In this document: in pieces, positions 50,601 through 64,000 of the stretch
Layout of the letters: each line of letters begins with the position of its first letter
Numbering within the stretch: position 1 is the first letter of the stretch
DNA from: Peribolospora baueri
Taxonomy: Eukaryota
DNA length: 64,000 bases
Direction of reading: 5' to 3'
NCBI GenBank assembly: GCA_029717555.1
Contig: JAMDHS010000001.1
Location: 496,001-560,000 of the forward strand
Position numbers and translations under genes: made by a program
Notes under the pieces: model-generated
What the model saw: only the letters and a program-made list of their open reading frames with translations
What the model was told of the DNA's origin: nothing
Database searches by the model: none

Positions 50601-53425
50601 TTTTTCCCTTTGCTTTCTGCAGTATACGCCATGCGCTTTAAAGACTTCGCCTCGGAGCAGCTCTCCTACCTGCGCAAAGCGTCGGACGCGCACCAGATCG
50701 ACATCGTCCTTTCCGGCCTGGACGTGCTCGGCGATACGGCGTGGCAGATCAACAATAAGGTGTTCGATGTCGTAGCCGAGGTGTGGAACTCGGGGAAGCC
50801 GTTCGCCAAGATCCCACCCGCCTACACTGATACCACCGAGCCGGATAGGCCGCCGGATTACGATACCAATGTGAAGGCCAAAGGTTTGCACTTCGCCATG
50901 GTCAAGCAGAAGATGCTGTTGGCGAGAACAAACCACTCTCAGAGATGTGACGTCAACTACAAGCTCGAGATTGCCAAATCTGTAAGTCGTCGATTGCCGA
51001 TCTTTTTTCTTCTCTTTTCTGCCCCCCTCATTTTATTCCCGAGCTCATCTTGCTGTCATTCCTTTGTTCGATGGAGCACAGTTCCTCCACGAGAAGTTCT
51101 ACATGCCACACAACATGGACTTCCGCGGTCGAGCGTATCCTATCCCTCCACACTTGTCCCATATAGGCGACGACCTCTGCCGTGGCCTCCTCAAGTTCGC
51201 CGATGCCAAGCCCCTTGGTACACGCGGCTTACGATGGCTCAAGATCCACGTCGCCAACGTGTACGGATTCGATAAGGCGAGCTTCGATGAGAGGGAGAAC
51301 TGGACGATGGACAATTTGGAGAATATTTTCGACGCCGCGGATAGGCCTTTGGAGGTAAGCGAGCGTAGTTCGTCCTCTGCGACACGGGCATAGCACATCG
51401 GAAGAATCGACCACGCTCACCCAACCGACATGTACCGTTCTTTGTGGCCTTCGTGCGTAGGGTTCTCGCTGGTGGCTCAAGGCGGACGACCCCTGGCAGA
51501 CCCTCGCGACTTGCTTTGAGCTGGCCGAGGCCCTCCGGTCTCCGGACCCGGAGAAGTTCGAGTCTTGCTTGCCCGTGCACCAAGACGGCACGTGCAACGG
51601 TCTTCAGCACTACGCCGCCCTCGGCGGCGACCTCGCTGGTGCAAAGCAGGTCAACCTCGCCGAAGGCGATCGACCAAGCGATGTGTACACTGCCGTCGCT
51701 GAGCTCGTCATCAGAGAGTTGGACGAGGACGCTGCCAAAGGAAACCAGTGGGCTAAATTGCTCCAGGGCAAGGTTACCCGGAAGGTCGTTAAGCAACCGG
51801 TGAGTTTGAACAGGGTTTCTTTTCCGCTGTGCGACGCGGTTACGCGGTTCCGCCGATACGAACTTCCTTTACTGTATCCGTTGCGATTCTCACGCTTTTT
51901 TTGACCTCTGTTTCAGGTTATGACCACCGTATACGGTGTAACCTATGTCGGCGCAAAGAATCAGATCCGAAAGCAGCTCAGTGACCGCGGCGACCTCGAC
52001 CCAGATCAGACGTGGCAGTGTTCGGCTTATTTGGCGACGAAGGTGGGTCGTTTAGGAAAAGTCGCCGGCGCATTGGATGAGCCTCCAGCCAGAAACCACT
52101 TGGCTGACGCATTGCCACCTCACACACTCCTTTTCACAGGTCATACAATGCATCGGCGACCTTTTCAAAGGCGCGAGGCAGATTCAGGAATGGCTCTCAA
52201 AATCCGCCAAACTCATCGCCAAATCCATCCCTCCGGATCGCATTGAGGCGGCCAAGGCGGATTTCGTGGGTCCGAAGAAGACCACGAATTCCGATAAGAG
52301 GTACGGTCGCATGCCCAAGGAACAGATGACGAGCGTCATCTGGACCACCCCGCTCGGGTTGCCCATAGTGCAACCTTACCGAAAGGCCAAGATGAAGCAG
52401 GTCGCCACGACCTTGCAGACCGTCTTCATCCAAGACCCCAACGCGAGCACCGAGGTCAACCCTGCCAAGCAAGCTAGCGCCTTCCCGCCCAACTTCATTC
52501 ACAGCCTCGATGCCACGCACATGATCTTGACCGCGCTCAGCTGTAAGGCCGCCGGATTAACTTTCGCGTCGGTCCACGATAGCTACTGGACGCACGCCTG
52601 CTCCATCGACACTATGGCCGAATACATCCGCGACACGTTCATCCACCTCCATTCAGCGGACATCCTCAAGCACCTCCGCGATGAGGTGGGTTCATCACAT
52701 TTCTTCTGTGTGGCGTTATCATCTCCTGTGCCGTGCTAATCTTTACTCGTCGCTCCGACGTGCAGTTCCTGGCTCGCTACGAGGGTTACAAGGTGCCGGT
52801 CGTTGCGCTCAGGCGAGCTGTGCCTCAACAGGCCCTCGTCATGACCCAAGAGCAAATGGACTCTTTGGAAGGAGAAGAGGGCACGTTGGTCGTCGAGGAA
52901 GATGGAACGACGTCCACGACAACAGATGGCTCTGACGAGGCTGATCTCGGGGAGGAAGAGGCAGGGCTTGGCGCCTTGGAGAATCAAGCGGAAGCTGATG
53001 CGGAGAAATTCTTGCCGACGTTCCGGAAACAGGCAGAAAGGGTACGGGCGGAACGGGTAACAAAGATTGAAACCCAGCTGGGCAAGAAGAGGCGGTTGCG
53101 GAGGATTCCCGATGATCTCGTTTCTCGTTCCAAGTACGAGGAGACATTGGCGGAAGCGGAGGAACAGGAAGCGATGGACCTGGCAGGAGAGGAGGGCGCA
53201 GAGATCGAAGATGGCGCGGAAGCCGAGGAAGGCGAAGAGGCCATGGAGGGCGGCAAGAAGGGCAAAGCCAAAGGCAAACGCAAGGCAGCAGGAAGCAAGA
53301 AGAAAGGAAAGACGGAGATATTCAGGACCAAGTTTGTCAGCCTTGCTGACGTTCTTCCGCCGCTACCGGAGAAGGGAGGGTTCGATGTCAAAAACATCAA
53401 GAAGAGCATGTACTTCTTCTCGTGA
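47622..53425 (+). CDS. RPO41: Mitochondrial DNA-directed RNA polymerase (T7-like single subunit), multi-exon
   Basis: Arg/Ser/Ala-rich presequence-like N-terminus; [84 protein letters not shown], terminal YFFS*. Confidence 0.97.
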
Positions 53426-53932
53426 GCCGCTGCACCTGCATCCGACATCCCAGCTCTACAGCATTTGGACCTTTCTGTCGCCTCAGCTGTTTTCCACGTC
53501 CTAGTTCTCCTCGACTCGGGACCTCTCACATAGAATGTAGTAGTCCACTTGCACTCACGACTTGCACAGCACATTTACTCTTTCCCGTTATCCATTGTCT
53601 ACCTCTTTCTTAGTTAACCACCACCTCTCCGCGCACTTCGCTCCACTACTTCTGCCCTTGTCCTTGTGTACCTGTACTCTTTCGTTTCTTCTCGGAATGG
53701 AGATGATCTTTAAACTGGAAAAACTCGCCTGTCGTCGCTATTTCAAAGCTCTTCCTGCGTCTCGTCATGTAATCGTTTCCGCTTCGCCCAACCCCCCTCG
53801 TATGTACTCGATAGCACTGCAGCTTTGTCAGGAAGAACGTGACCACATGTTGGCCAGCATACGGAGCGGGGCACAACTCTGGAACGGAATTGTAGGAACT
53901 CCAACCGCCTTTGCACTTCCAAAGATTGCTGC

Positions 53933-55493
53933 TCAGACGGGGCACATGCCCTGGAAGGGGATGGTCCACACGTCACGTCACGAATCAGCAGAAAGGCTCC
54001 TCGAAACGCATGTGGGCACCCAACAAGCCCGAGCCCCTACCCTGAGCAGGCTTACTCACATTGTTGGCATTGAGTACGCTTGCGTTGCACCACCTGCTTT
54101 GGTCTGAAGCGAGGAAAGTGACAAGGTCGGCAATGTCCTGAGGCTCTCCCACTGGCGTTCCGCTCTTGAGGATGTTCTGCTTGAACTCGTCCGTGGTCTT
54201 CTCCCACATATCAGCTGCATCATATCATGGTATCATCGGAGAGGATGGAAAGGAGGTCGGACAGTCGAAGGCAAACGGCGCCATCAGTGATCAGGGGCAT
54301 CGGGCAGGGATCTAAACGTCCCCGGTCGTGCTTACTTTTAACCGGACCCGGGTTGATGCAGTTCTGTGTCAAGGCCAACAAGGACGGGGTCGGGAGAGTG
54401 TGCAAGAGGTCATTTCTAACCGAGCGTGAGTGCCCGCTCCCCAACAAGACGCACCACCTTGATGTCTTGGCCTGCAAGCTCATGTGCCCATACACGAGCA
54501 ATACCTTCAATGGCTGCCTTTGAGGCTCCATAGACTGGATAGGATCGAGTGCGATGCCAGGAGCCTGTGTTGAGCCTCACCAGTATCGGTAGCATTTCCT
54601 TGATGCTCGCCAAGCCGAGACGAGAGTGAAACTCACTGGTTTGACCAGGGTAGCCCATCCTGGCAGAGACGGAGGAGAGCAAAATGATCCTACCGCCTTT
54701 TGCAAGGCAAGGTAAGAGCGCACGCGTCGAGAGGATGACCCCCTTGACATTGATGTCCATGACCCTGTAGTACTCCTCCTCCGTTATATCGCTGAGCATC
54801 TGATTGCCCACGACTCCAGCTGATTCGACGATGCATACGGGTCAGGACCAAAAGAAAGAAATCCGGCATTGGCGAGAAATGGAAGAAACCGCCTAACAAC
54901 CGACGGTCACTCACCGTTCTGTACCAGGATGTCCAGCTCGTGTCCGAACGCTTGCTTGAGCATGTCCTGAAGCAACCCTCCGGCGTCCGCCTTGCTCATA
55001 TCCGCTCGCGCCTTGGCCGCCTTTGCGCCACTAGGCATAGCCGCAACTTCTTGTATGAACGCATCGGCACGAGCTTCGGAGGAGGGAGACACGTAGTTCT
55101 GAAGTTGTGGTCAAGGCGGACAAGATGTGATGAGTCGACAGTGCGTTGCATCCCAGGTTCTCAATAGCGATTGGGGTCCCGTGCGATGGTGGTGAACGAG
55201 AATGCGCCGGCCATCGTTGGTTGACCCCTTCCTTCTGCCAGAGTTAGAACAGCGCCGTCAAGGTCAAGGTCAGCTCACGATGAGGACATTGGCGCCCAGC
55301 TTGGCGAGGTCTCTAGCGACCGCACGACCTATGCCGCGCGAGCCTCCTGTGAGAAGGGAAACGGAAGGTGACGGCACGGCCAAGGAGAGGAGCTCGCGTT
55401 CAAATAGGGTCGCTCGCCCGCAAAGGCGGCGCTCAGGGAGCAGATGGGCTGACCGGTGACAATGGCGTTCTTGCCTTTCAAAGCGTACGACAT
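53933..55493 (-). CDS. Classical short-chain dehydrogenase/reductase (FabG-like), many small exons
   Basis: MSYALKGKNAIVTG|GSRGIG (TGxxxGIG), LDILVQN, INVKG, LSSVSA, YGASK catalytic motif, NCINPGPV, GEPQDIADLVTFLAS; last exon GMCPV*. Confidence 0.88.
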
Positions 55494-55889
55494 ACTGTCT
55501 ATGCGTTTCGAGGAGAGTGGGAATAGAAAGAATGTGGAGGCAAGACGTCAAACGTCCACACTCACGCTGGTGGGATATCAAAATACGGCGGTCAGCAAGT
55601 TTCCCGCGTCCAGGATGAAACACCGAGCGAGCCTTCTTCGTCAGCATTGTTGATCGCGAGTCGAGTCTCGTGCTCTCATGCTCGCCTGCGGCATCGATCT
55701 CACAAAAAAGGAGGAGTTAGTCGGCCGGCGGCCAGGGAAGAGCAGGGCATGTAGGTATTGAGTACAATAGAGTTACACGACAGCGGACGGATGGGGATGC
55801 GGGAAAGAGCGGAGCCTCGAGGAGGCCCGGAGGGAGAGTATGGCACAGCCGGAGGGAGGGCATGCCGGGAACGGTCTCCGAAGAAAGCG

Positions 55890-58800
55890 TCATATCGACT
55901 CGGGTACCAACTGCGAGAAAAGAGGGGAAGGAGAAGCGAAAAGCGGACGAGGGATTTGGGTTTGTACTGGAGCAGGCGAAGGCAGGCGAGAAGGGATATA
56001 CGTCTGTCCGGTCCTTGCTCCGCCCGCCGGAGACGACTCACCTTCCAAGCCTCTTTGACCTTTCTGAGCGCGCTCTCCACGCACTTTTTGCATCCCTCAC
56101 AAGTCCACACCTGCTGGCATTGCTTCTCCAGCTCTCTGCCCACGTCGGTGCCGGCATGCAAGTCCATGAGCACCCCACCTTTGGCTGCCTTCCACTTGAG
56201 CTCCCTCATGTTCGCGTTCTCCCAGCACCACCAGCCGGCGTGCGGGACGAGGCCTCTTGTGTCGAACGCCTCGGCGGAGCGAAGGATCTCGCGCGCGAGG
56301 GCTATGCGCGTGTCGTGGAGGGTGACGAGGGCATGGTAAGCTTGAGAAGGTATGCTCGCCGCGTCTTCGGCGCTAAGCAGCGGTTCGGTGGATGCGAGCG
56401 GATGGGAGGAGGCGTGGATGCGTTGGAGGGAGTGGCGGCTCGCGATCGTCGCCACGTCCGACCAGCCGTGTCGGGCGGCGAGGACGTAGACGGGTAGAGG
56501 GTGCGCGGCGGCGAGGGTGAAGAGGCGGGAGTGACAAACGTCGAGGGCTCGGTAGATTTCGCTGGTGGGCAAAAGACGCGAGAGAGGCCGATGGCGGATG
56601 AGTTTAGTTTCGTCATCGCCATCGTCGTGTCGTTCGCCAAGCCGAGCCATCCGCTTCGAGGCCAGAGCGAGGCCACACCCACTCACTATTTGTCGGCCAG
56701 CTCCATGACCTTCTTGACGTCCTCTGTACGGTCGTGAATCATCGTGGGGAAACAGGGACGAATCAGACTCATGAGCGTACGACGGCGCTCGAACAGCCAC
56801 CCACCCACCGATGCCCTTGAGTTTTGGCGTCGGCATGGGGTGCATGAACGTGAGCATGAGCTCGAGCGTCTTGGAGTCCTGTCGACCGTGGCGGCGAAGG
56901 GCGAAGGTGAGGGGCGGGAGAACGACCGAAAGGAGGGAGGGCGAGCGAGTGAGCGAGAGAGCAACGGCCCGACCGTCGGTCGACGCCACTCACCTCGACG
57001 ACGGGAACGGTGGGCAAATCGGACCATTCGAAATCTTCTCCATCGAGCTGACCCGCGGCGGCGTCTCCGTCTTCGAATGCAAGCTGCAGCGGATTCGCAC
57101 CGGAGCAAGCGGCGTCAGTTATGTTGGGAGCCTGTAGGAGGTCGCGGAACACGGCGCTGTTGCCCATGAGAGGCGCTCGGTTGACGGGGAAGGCGACGTT
57201 GTCGGAGGTTTTGAGAAGGAGGTCCGCCTTGGCTCCAGAGCCGCCTCTGTTGGGCGAGGTGGAGTGGCCGTGGAGGGAAGTGACATGAGAGGAGGGGTTG
57301 AAGCGATGAGAGAAGACGAGGTTGGGGTCCAATTCGCGGCGTCGGCGACGGGAAACGGGGCGGGACTGGGCGGTGGGGGTGTGAAAGCCGTCGGCATCAG
57401 AAGAGCGGCGAGGTCCGACGTCGGCGGCGCATGTCTGGTCCTGCGCCTGTGCTTGTGTCTGCGTCTGTGCATGTGTCAGTGTCGGTGTCGGTATCTGTGT
57501 CTGTGTACGTGTCTGCGTCTGGCCCTGAAAGCGCGGCGGCTCTGAAAGGAGCGGGCGTGAATATCGAGTGAGGGTTTGATGAAGCTGAACCTGAGATGGG
57601 TCGAGGCGGCCAGTGGCGAGGACGGGGGGCGTCTGCGACGGCGGGGGCTTGTGGTAACGGGTGAGCGCTTGATGCAGTTGGGCCTGCGAATGATCAAGGT
57701 GACCTGCCGGCATGGGAGGGAGATGGTCATGAGCGACGGCGATGGCGACAGCGACGAGACGGGTAAGAGGGGAGAGCGAGCAAAGTGGCGAGCGAACGGA
57801 CGAGGGACGATGGACAAAGGAGAAACGGACGAACGAGGGCCTCTTGCTCGCCATCGACGAGGACGACGTCGTCTGCGAGCAGAGCTTCCGTAGACAAGAC
57901 AAGACAAGCAAGCAAACAAGAAAGCAAGAAAGCAAACAAGCAAATAAGCAAGAGACGACCGACGGACTCACCCTTTCTCCCAAACTCGTCCTCGCCCTCG
58001 CCCTCGCCGCCTCCGTCGAGGCCAGCCCAGACCTCTCTTCTGATCCTCTCCGGCGACCATTGCTCTTCCCCGTCGCCTTCGCCATCGCCGCCCCTGGCCA
58101 CACCGCCGCCGCCACCGTCGCCGGCTGACCTCCTTCCCGACGACGGCCACGTCCCAACGGCCCGCGCTCGCGTAGGGCCTTGTCCTACGCCTACGACCGT
58201 GCCTGTGCCGAGCGCATCCCCCGCCGTGTCTTCCCCGGGCGGCAGCTCGGTGATTCTCCCTTTCGCCTCTCCCACGCCGTCCGTCACGGTTTGAGGGTGG
58301 AAAGGGACGTCTCGACGCACATACGAGCCGCGGGCGAGGGTAGATGGGAGGGGCGCGGCGGAGGGCGCGGAGAAGGAAGAACGATGAGCGCCTTGCAAGG
58401 GCGCTTGCGGTTGCGGTTGCCATGGCCCTTGCGCTTGCGCTTGCCCTTGTCCTACTAGCCCTGGCATTGGGTGAGGTGTCGCAAGGCGCTCGCGCACGGG
58501 CACGACCACGGGCCGGTTCTCAATCTCTCCATCCCCGTCCATCGTACGACCGTAGTAAGCGTGCCAGGCTTCCGCCGCCTCCTCCTCCTCCCCGTTCCCG
58601 TGTCCGTGTCCGTCGTCCACCTTCTTTTCCCCGCCGCCGCCGCCGTCGTTGTCCAAGCTCATCATCCACTTGGACACGGCGGACGACGACGACGGCCCGC
58701 GTGTCGGCTGAGCGTACGCCCATTCGTCCCTCCGTCCGTAGGGCCCGACGGCGCCGGCGCCGGGGCCAGCGCCAGGGCGCACGCGGCGTACGTAGGGAGG

Positions 58801-58896
58801 AGCGAAAGCGGGTGACGACCGGGGGTGACGGTCCGCGTCGGCTGTGAAGCGCGAGCCGGGGCCAGGGCCGGAAGGAGGGGCGGCGAAGCGATACAT
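55890..58896 (-). CDS. BTB/POZ domain protein with a long low-complexity N-terminus, multi-exon
   Basis: ADLLLKTSDNVAFPVNRAPLMGNSAVFRDLL, E|DSKTLELMLTFMHP, VMELADK, HPLPVYVLAARHGW, CEGC. The 58896-57970 exon can be spliced in frame to the BTB exons (N-terminal join less certain). Ends LVPESI*. Confidence 0.72.
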
Positions 58897-59121
58897 CTAC
58901 GTCCGTTGATGCGAGAGAGAGAGAGAGAGGGAGAGAGTCGCGCCGGCGGGCGGGCCGGCTGGCTCGCTGCTGTCTGTCCCGTGCGCGAGAACGCCGAGTG
59001 AGTGAGGGATTGTCGGCGTAGAAATTTGGTAGGCGTTTACGGCGTCGGCGGTGGAAGGGAGGGAGGGTGGAGAGGGAAGGAAGGAGGGCGAGGCGCGCGC
59101 CAGATTGAGGTTCGAGCTCTT

Positions 59122-59125
59122 GTCG

Positions 59126-59157
<32 letters not shown>

Positions 59158-59169
59158 GCCGTCGTCGTC
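59122..59169. repeat. (GTC)n microsatellite
   Basis: About 16 imperfect GTC units seen directly upstream of the BTB gene. Confidence 0.9.
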
Positions 59170-60044
59170 ATCGCAAGTGTAAGTCGGGACTTGGACGGCA
59201 GAAGGAGGGACGGGGGCAGGAGCGCCTCTCGGATCCGACGCTCGACGTCGATCCCGCCCGTTTGGCTTTTTTTCCGTGCGGAGGAAGGATGGCAAAGAAT
59301 GTGTGAACGGTCGGGCGTAGACGTTGTTTCGCACTCCACTCCACTCACTCACGGACTTTGGCCGTGGATGGGCCGGCGGCCGGAAGCGAGCGAGCGAGCA
59401 AATGTCTTTTTTTGTTCTGCAGCGTGCGCAATCAACAGCCCCATTAATCGCGCACACGAACGTGTGTATCCAGATGCAGATGCGTTGGGCATTCTAACAG
59501 CGCTCGAAGGAACTGAACCGAACCAGACCCAAGAGCGCGGGCGCAGGTTGTCTGTTTGTTGACGGGCACAATCAAAGTCCGTACGAATGAATATATGTGC
59601 GTAGTTTACACCATTTCCCCTTTCCCTTAATGGCCTTTCCCCTTTCGATGAAACGGACGGACGGACGGACAGACGGACGGACGGCAGGAACGAGACGGAT
59701 GATAGCGAGCAGAATGGGAGAACAGGGGGCGGGACAGAGGTGGCGATGGTGGACGGGGTCACCAGAATGATGGGTCGAAAAGCGAATTCCGATGAGCGAG
59801 AGAACAGATATTCGAGTCGCATCCCGCTACGCTGGCGGATGAAGGGGGCGATCTTGAGACCGCGACGGCCACCCCGACATGGACGGCAGGCGAGTGTGTC
59901 AACTTGAGCCCGTCGCGGCTCGAAGGGAAAAAGAAAGAGAAATAGAAATAGATAGGAAGAGAGAGAATAGCGAGTCGAATCGTCACGACACGACACGATA
60001 CGATACGACACGTCCCCATCTCCCCTCCCACCGATCCATCAAGC

Positions 60045-61617
60045 CTAGACGCCATACACCCTCTTCGCATTGGTGGCAAAGATCTTATCGACGCCCTCCT
60101 GCCCGATACCCAAGCCGACCAGCACCTCCCTCACGATCTCCGCCCACTCCTCTGTCTCCTTGCGGGTCGTCGAGTCCAACGCGCGCGGACTCCCGCCCCC
60201 GCCGTTCTCGCCCTCGTGCATCTCGGCGCCGAACAGCAAGCGGTCCTCGCCAAATGCGTCGAGACACACCTCGAGGTACGGCCGCAGTCGGCGCTTGAGC
60301 TCGTCGCGCTCCCTGGCGTCGAGGAAGGAGGCGGGCTGCATCGCCGTCTTGGGTACGTCTTCCTCGTCCGGCTGGTAGAGCGAGTGGGTGGACTCGGACG
60401 CCTGGATGAGGTTGATGTGTCCACCGGCGGTGAGCGTGCCGTCGGAGCCGGAAGCGGAGCGCGAGCGCGAGCCGGCTCGCGTCATGGCGTCGTCCGGCGA
60501 CAGCGTCGTTCGCTTTTCGCCCGACCCGTCTCCGGAAGCGGAGACGAGCGTGCGCAGTCGCGGGTCGGAGAGCTTGAGCACGACCGAAGGGTGCAAGGCC
60601 AAGTGGCTGATGAAAGAGGCGTAGGCCGAGTAGGTCTGCGAGCTCAGGATGGACGAGCTGGGGAGCGTCAGGTTGGGCGAGCCGATGCGGTCTGTGAAGC
60701 ACGGAAACAGAGGGGACGTCAAGACAGGTCCGGTTGGCTGAGGAAGCGAAAAGACGTCTCCTCCGAACGAACGAAAAGACAAAAGGGCTCACCGATGACA
60801 AAGGTCGTCTCGTCTCGCTCGTTGCCGGTCTGGCTCTCGGAGCTCTTCTGAAGCATCTCGGCAAGTGCCTCGCGGAGGTTCTCCTTAACCTCGCCACCAG
60901 CGCGCTGGCCGTCAGCGTATTCGATCAAGCCAAGCTCGACGAGCCAGCCCTTCTCCCGGCCGGCCCAGCGGAAGGTGTCGATGATGCCCTTCTCCTTCTC
61001 GAGAGAGCCGGTGGAAGTGATAAAGTAGGAGTCGAAGGGGCAATGGAAGCCCTTGAGGAAGGAGGCGTTAGAAGCGGGTGCGAGCGAGGCGGCGTGGTTA
61101 GAGATGACGTCTGGCGTCGGGGCCTCCCCCGTCGGAGCGGGAAAGACGATGCCGGAGAGCGGAGCATCGGCGAAGGCGGCGAGGGTGCTGGAAGGCGAAG
61201 GAAGGAGAGCGGAGAGAAGAAAAATGGGGTTAGTATCGTGCGTATTCGAGAGATGCTGGAAGAAAGCGCGAGTGAAGTGGGGGGACGACGGCGGGAGAGT
61301 GGGGAGCAGCGCGCGCCCATTCACCTCTTCACAGCTTCTCCTGCATTATCCTTGCCCTGGAGAGCGAGGACGACAGCAGAGACGTCGGCTTTGGAGCGAC
61401 CGTCGATGCCACCGAAGCCTTCCTCCTTCCACTCCTGGACCTGCTGAGCCACGTTCTTGGCGCCAGCGAGGCCTGACGCCTTGGCGGAGAGGACGAGGAC
61501 GATCTTGCTGGGTCGGATGGACCGAGGGTCCGGCGAGGCCTCCGCGGGAGGGCTGAAGACGGACAGCGGGAGCTTGGGCAGGTTGCCCGGGCGCTTCTTG
61601 AGAGGGGGGGGAGTCAT
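60045..61617 (-). CDS. Amidohydrolase-fold (Amidohydro_2-like) protein, divergent, 3 exons
   Basis: C-terminal motifs LALHPSVVLKLS, LRPYLEVCLDAFGEDRLLFG and IFATNAKRVYGV. In-frame intron ~61324-61189 with an ACTAAC branch point. Confidence 0.68.
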
Positions 61618-62582
61618 TTTGGGAGAAGGGGATGGCAGAAGAAGAGGCGGGAAGGGGAGACGACGACGGAGCGAAGCAGCGGGCAGATAGGCCTGCGGAG
61701 AAGAGGACGAGCGAGGTATCCGGTATCTAAGTCAGACAGACAAGGAGAGTAGCGTGGATGTGGAAGGCGAGTGAAGGAAGAGCCAAGAAGAGGTCTATCG
61801 AGGATGTGGAGCGCAGCGGGGGGAGTGCACGATAGAGTGGAAGAGAGACGTTGGAGACTTTAAGAACGGCGGGGAGTTTGAAGGCAGATGGCCTTGACGG
61901 TGCCGGCGACGGTGCTGGGTGAGGGCGCGGGCGAAGACGAGGCAAGGGCGAGAAGGAGGCGATGAAGGAAGCACGAGACGGACGTTGTCCTTGTCTTTGT
62001 TCCTCGTGTCCACGAGCGGAGGTAAGAAAGCAACAGCAAGAAGCAAGCAAGAATCAAGAAGCAACAACGACAAGACCGCTCCCGCCTGCCCGCGCCCGCG
62101 CCCAGCCAGCCAGCCGACGGACGCTTTCATGCGCCCACGCACGGCCAAGCGCGGCTGTAGGCGGCCGTCGAGGGAACGCTCCGTCGTCGGCCGGAGAGAC
62201 GGAAAGGCGGTCGACGCCCGTGCACGTGCGAGCACGTGAGCGAAGCCATCGACGACGGAAATGGGAACGGCTTGGACTCAACTCGGTCCAAGGCAGCTGC
62301 CCCATCCCATTCATCCAATCCATCTCCCGTCAGAGCCAAATTAAGATATCATTGCAACCAACGCTCATCCCGGACGAAGCGGGGGAGATCATGAGGGGTA
62401 GAGGGGGGTGATCAGAAACATAGAAAAAGAGCCAGACAGACAGACAGGTAGGCGGTGACGAGAAAAAAAAAACAAAAATCGAGGCAAAAAGGCGGGGGCA
62501 CATAACGATGTAGAGGCAAGCAGAAGAGAGACACCACAAGCCGCAGGGGGTGCTAGATAATTACAGAAAGATCGGTCGAAAA

Positions 62583-64000
62583 TCAAGTCCCACTCTCTAC
62601 AATGGCCACCAGCAGCAACGTCGAGAGCTTGGCCATGGTCATCCGCTTCGACTCCTGTTCGCGAAAAGAGGAAGGGCAAGATGGCGAAGGGGAAGCGTGA
62701 GCGCTGCTTATCACAAGCCGCACATCGACAACGACATCACTCACCTTCAAGGGCGTGAAAGCGCCGCAATCGATCAGACTCCTATAGCCGCTCTCGTCCA
62801 GATAGGCTGCCGGCCCACCACGCTTGCTTGTCTCCAAAGCTTGTGCTGCGAAGACGGGTTCGGCCGCCGCCGTATGAGCAATGAATTGCACAGCCTCGAG
62901 GATGTCCGTCGATGGACAGTTCAAGAAGATGTCCCTCATCTTCGGAATCAGCGATTCATACCTGCGATGAAAAATGCCCGGGGATGAGTGTAAGCGACGA
63001 GAAAGAGCCGTTATCCACGCGCCACATAAAAGGTATCAATACCCACAGGATTGACACGATCGTAGGCACTTGCTGAGCGGCGTCTGCCAGGAAGCCGAAC
63101 AAAAGCAAACGTTCCGCATCGTTCTCCGCGTGCTGAAGGAGCGACGCCACGAGTGTGACCACCAGCAGGCTCAGCTTGTTCTCCGGCGCCTCCAAGTGCC
63201 GGTAGAGCGCGCTGAAACCACGCGTTCTAGCTTCTACGGCCTGCTCGCACACCACTTCGTCTGTGCCCGCCATGCGAAGAAGGCTACCAAAGTCCTCAGG
63301 TTTCGTGGAGATGGGCAGAAGCGCCACGAAAAAGCCGAGCTGGGGAGCACTGATCCTGCCGTCTTTCGATCTCACCGTGCCGTCTACCTCGACGGCCGAA
63401 TATTGGAGGAGACTACGGAGCAGATTAGCGGTCACGTCCTTGGTCGTAGGGTGCCGCAAGCCCTTGATGAGTAGTGCCGCCATACCGAACGAGAAGTTGA
63501 TCTCAAAGTCGACACCTGTCTCTTCGTCCAGCGCCGTGGCCGCCTCCTGAAAGTCCACCCGCGCGTCGAGCAAGAAGTCGATCATATCGGCCTTGCCTTC
63601 TTCGGCGGGCAGGTTGCGCTCGTGCAGCGTAGTAACCGTCGCCTGGAGCAATTCGACACCGACCTTGAAAAGCGGAACGTGCCCGTACTGGATCACCGCA
63701 ACGCCTAGCCAAAACATCTGCGGCAGGTAGCGTGAACGATCCGGCAGGATCTTGACGATCTTGGACAGGCAGGTTACGATGCTGATCATCGGTCCGTCAT
63801 TGCCAGCGTTTGCCCACTCGCTGATGCTGCCCCGGAGCGACATCAGAACTTGATACAGCAGGTCATCGTCGATCTCTCCCTTTGCAAGGCAGCCCAAGAG
63901 AAGGAACGCCCGGGTCTGTATGATGGGGTTGTACTGGAACGCCGTACTCGTGACCAGGCTGGTCAGACGCGCCCGCCAGCTGTTTGCAGTGTCTTTAGAA
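62583..64000 (-). CDS. Neurofibromin/IRA-like RasGAP, C-terminal part (gene extends beyond window)
   Basis: RLTSLVTSTAFQYNPIIQTRAFLLLGCLA, LPQMFWLGVAVIQ and NFSFGMAALLIKGLRHP match the NF1/Ira C-terminal region. Two introns; ends ...IVESGT*. Confidence 0.85.

Noticed and set aside
47622..53425. T7-like polymerase as phage or linear-plasmid insertion
   Set aside because: It has spliceosomal introns, a presequence-like N-terminus and host-like composition, so it is the ordinary nuclear RPO41.
15946..55493. Biosynthetic gene cluster joining the NRPS-like gene and the SDR
   Set aside because: They are separated by >30 kb of housekeeping genes.
1..64000. tRNA, rRNA, CRISPR arrays, transposons
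   Set aside because: No cloverleaf or T-loop context, repeat-spacer array, transposase/RT motif or terminal repeat was recognised; only microsatellites and homopolymers (e.g. A20 at 22649-22668).

Overview
This window is GC-rich, intron-rich eukaryotic DNA from a basidiomycete fungus (GTGAGT/GTGCGT/GTCCGT donors, CTGAC/CTAAC branch points, DUF6533-type protein). About 19 genes were reconstructed by eye: a USP deubiquitinase (5' partial), DUR3 urea transporter, UTP14, a decayed ATG26/UGT51-like GRAM-PH-GRAM pseudogene, BEM1, an NRPS-like A-T-R reductase, a DUF6533-type membrane protein, TPS1, NOT3/5, a beta-helix plus bulb-lectin protein, an IVY1-like I-BAR protein, FHL1-like, COX20, a UBL-WLM protease, RPO41, an SDR, a BTB protein, an amidohydrolase-fold protein and the 3' end of a neurofibromin/IRA RasGAP. 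The most notable unexplained signal lies in the ~780-bp gap between COX20 and the WLM gene. It contains a telomere-template-like 12-mer (CTAACCCTAACC) abutted on its 5' side by a perfect 8-bp helix and followed by nested helices. This is a candidate telomerase RNA, by inference only; a Tbf1-type promoter site is the alternative. All family assignments come from motif recognition, not database searches, and exon boundaries are manual.
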